DNA of 42,406 nucleotides from a virus (Duplodnaviria; Heunggongvirae; Uroviricota; Caudoviricetes): IMG/VR virus record IMGVR_UViG_2534682160_000015, positions 1 to 42,406 of that record; one strand, 5' to 3'. Shown piece by piece: positions 40,630 to 42,406 of this stretch (position 1 is its first letter; each line of letters starts with the position of its first letter). The notes under the pieces were generated by a model. It saw only the letters and a program-made list of their open reading frames with translations, ran no database searches and was not told where the DNA came from. The position numbers and the translations under genes were made by a program.

Positions 40630-40697
40630 AATAGCGGGTAAAATATTTCTCACATCTAAAAAACACCATTCCAATCAATCCCCTGCCGCTTCAAGTA

Positions 40698-40717
40698 GAT
40701 GTCTGCAGGGGACACCA
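40698..40717 (+). other. Prophage attachment site attR (duplicated 3' end of tRNA-Arg argW)
   Basis: TCTGCAGGGGACACCA is the 3' acceptor/T-stem end of argW-type tRNA-Arg (…CCTGCAGGGGACACCA), here without the rest of the tRNA; it lies 70-90 nt past the excisionase stop. Confidence 0.6.
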
Positions 40718-41158
40718 GATACCCTTCAAACGAAATCTACCTTCACCCCGTAAAAGATGGGTTTGGCAGCACACTTGCCTTATATCTACTCATTTTTACT
40801 GCAACAGGTTGAAATCTCAGCACTGTCAGAAAGCGCTGATGACTAAACAGCCCTGGGCCGGGCGATGTAACCATCACACAGAATCCTGATAGCGAAATAT
40901 GGCGTGACTCGATACTTCACTCCGCAATGCATTCCTTGATGAATTCGCAGGACCGTGATACACGGGACAGGTCACTGAATGACGACAATGTCCTGGAAAT
41001 CAGCGAACCGCGCATCTGAAGTACATTTGAGCGACTGTACCAGAACATGAATGAGGCGTTTGGATTAGGCGATTATTAGCAGGGCTAAGCATTTTACTAT
41101 TATTATTTTCCGGTTGAGGGATATAGAGCTATCGACAACAACCGGAAAAAGTTTACGT

Positions 41159-42406
41159 CTATATTGCTGAAGGTACAGGCGTTTCCATAACTATTTGCTC
41201 GCGTTTTTTACTCAAGAAGAAAATGCCAAATAGCAACATCAGGCAGACAATACCCGAAATTGCGAAGAAAACTGTCTGGTAGCCTGCGTGGTCAAAGAGT
41301 ATCCCAGTCGGCGTTGAAAGCAGCACAATCCCAAGCGAACTGGCAATTTGAAAACCAATCAGAAAGATCGTCGACGACAGGCGCTTATCAAAGTTTGCCA
41401 CGCTGTATTTGAAGACGGATATGACACAAAGTGGAACCTCAATGGCATGTAACAACTTCACTAATGAAATAATCCAGGGGTTAACGAACAGCGCGCAGGA
41501 AAGGATACGCAACGCCATAATCACAACTCCGATAAGTAATGCATTTTTTGGCCCTACCCGATTCACAAAGAAAGGAATAATCGCCATGCACAGCGCTTCG
41601 AGTACCACCTGGAATGAGTTGAGATAACCATACAGGCGCGTTCCTACATCGTGTGATTCGAATAAACCTGCATAAAAGACAGGAAAAAGTTGTTGATCAA
41701 AAATGTTATAGAAAGACCACGTCCCCACAATAAATATGACGAAAACCCAGAAGTTTCGATCCTTGAAAACTGCGATAAAATCCTCTTTTTTTACCCCTCC
41801 CGCATCTGCCGCTACGCACTGGTGATCCTTATCTTTAAAACGCATGTTGATCATCATAAATACAGCGCCAAATAGCGAGACCAACCAGAAGTTGATATGG
41901 GGACTGATACTAAAAAATATGCCGGCAAAGAACGCGCCAATAGCATAGCCAAAAGATCCCCAGGCGCGCGCTGTTCCATATTCGAAATGAAAATTTCGCG
42001 CCATTTTTTCGGTGAAGCTATCAAGCAAACCGCATCCCGCCAGATACCCCAAGCCAAAAAATAGCGCCCCCAGAATTAGACCTACAGAAAAATTGCTTTG
42101 CAGTAACGGTTCATAAACGTAAATCATAAACGGTCCGGTCAAGACCAGGATGAAACTCATACACCAGATGAGCGGTTTCTTCAGACCGAGTTTATCCTGA
42201 ACGATGCCGTAGAACATCATAAATAGAATGCTGGTAAACTGGTTGACCGAATAAAGTGTACCTAATTCCGTCCCTGTCAACCCTAGATGTCCTTTCAGCC
42301 AAATAGCGTATAACGACCACCACAGCGACCAGGAAATAAAAAAGAGAAATGAGTAACTGGATGCAAAACGATAGTACGCATTTCTGAATGGAATATTCAG
42401 TGCCAT
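41159..42406 (-). CDS. cscB: Sucrose:H+ symporter CscB (LacY/OHS family, MFS)
   Basis: 415 aa, 12-TM; N-terminus MALNIPFRNAYYRFASSYSFLFFISWSLWWSLYAIWLKG and overall LacY-like organisation match my recollection of CscB; this is host DNA outside the prophage. Confidence 0.8.
   Translation of the reverse strand: MALNIPFRNAYYRFASSYSFLFFISWSLWWSLYAIWLKGHLGLTGTELGTLYSVNQFTSILFMMFYGIVQDKLGLKKPLIWCMSFILVLTGPFMIYVYEPLLQSNFSVGLILGALFFGLGYLAGCGLLDSFTEKMARNFHFEYGTARAWGSFGYAIGAFFAGIFFSISPHINFWLVSLFGAVFMMINMRFKDKDHQCVAADAGGVKKEDFIAVFKDRNFWVFVIFIVGTWSFYNIFDQQLFPVFYAGLFESHDVGTRLYGYLNSFQVVLEALCMAIIPFFVNRVGPKNALLIGVVIMALRILSCALFVNPWIISLVKLLHAIEVPLCVISVFKYSVANFDKRLSSTIFLIGFQIASSLGIVLLSTPTGILFDHAGYQTVFFAISGIVCLMLLFGIFFLSKKREQIVMETPVPSAI

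Noticed and set aside
41100..41158. Inverted repeat CCGGTTG...CAACCGG downstream of cscB as a terminator
   Set aside because: No U-tract in the correct orientation for the cscB transcript; at most a weak structural element.

Overview
This window is an almost complete temperate prophage of about 40.7 kb integrated at the 3' end of a tRNA-Arg (argW-type) site next to the host sucrose permease gene cscB. It is a mosaic: a P22/Sf6-like virion module on the minus strand (terminase, portal, scaffold, coat, gp4/gp10/needle, ejection proteins, tailspike) and an immI region (ant-arc / mnt), joined to a lambda-like lysis cassette (S, R, Rz/Rz1), nin region, Q-like antiterminator, DnaB-type helicase and O-like initiator, a phage-434-type immunity core (cI, cro, 14-bp ACAA-N6-TTGT operators) framed by lambda-type N/nutL and nutR/cII, and RecT plus small early-left genes ending in a TorI-like excisionase. 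The integrase sits at the opposite end (KplE1/Sf6-like layout). Two tRNA genes lie between Q and S. The best candidate for an undescribed system is an AT-rich cassette at 6888-8696, in the slot P22 uses for sieA: an unknown 239-aa protein translationally overlapped with a PIN-domain nuclease, followed by a third unknown gene. Other cargo candidates are a signal-peptide protein co-transcribed with cI, a frameshifted O-antigen acetyltransferase next to the tailspike, and a plus-strand gene pair between the terminase and lysis modules. All frame disruptions (oac twice, O, possibly cIII) sit in homopolymer runs, which suggests sequencing indels or slip-strand mutation. All protein identifications come from reading the translations and recalled family motifs; no database search was run. 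Manually placed small features (tRNAs, operators, terminators, internal starts) may be off by 1-2 nt, because the printed sequence and the ORF track disagree by one base at the 13260 and 13320 line junctions.
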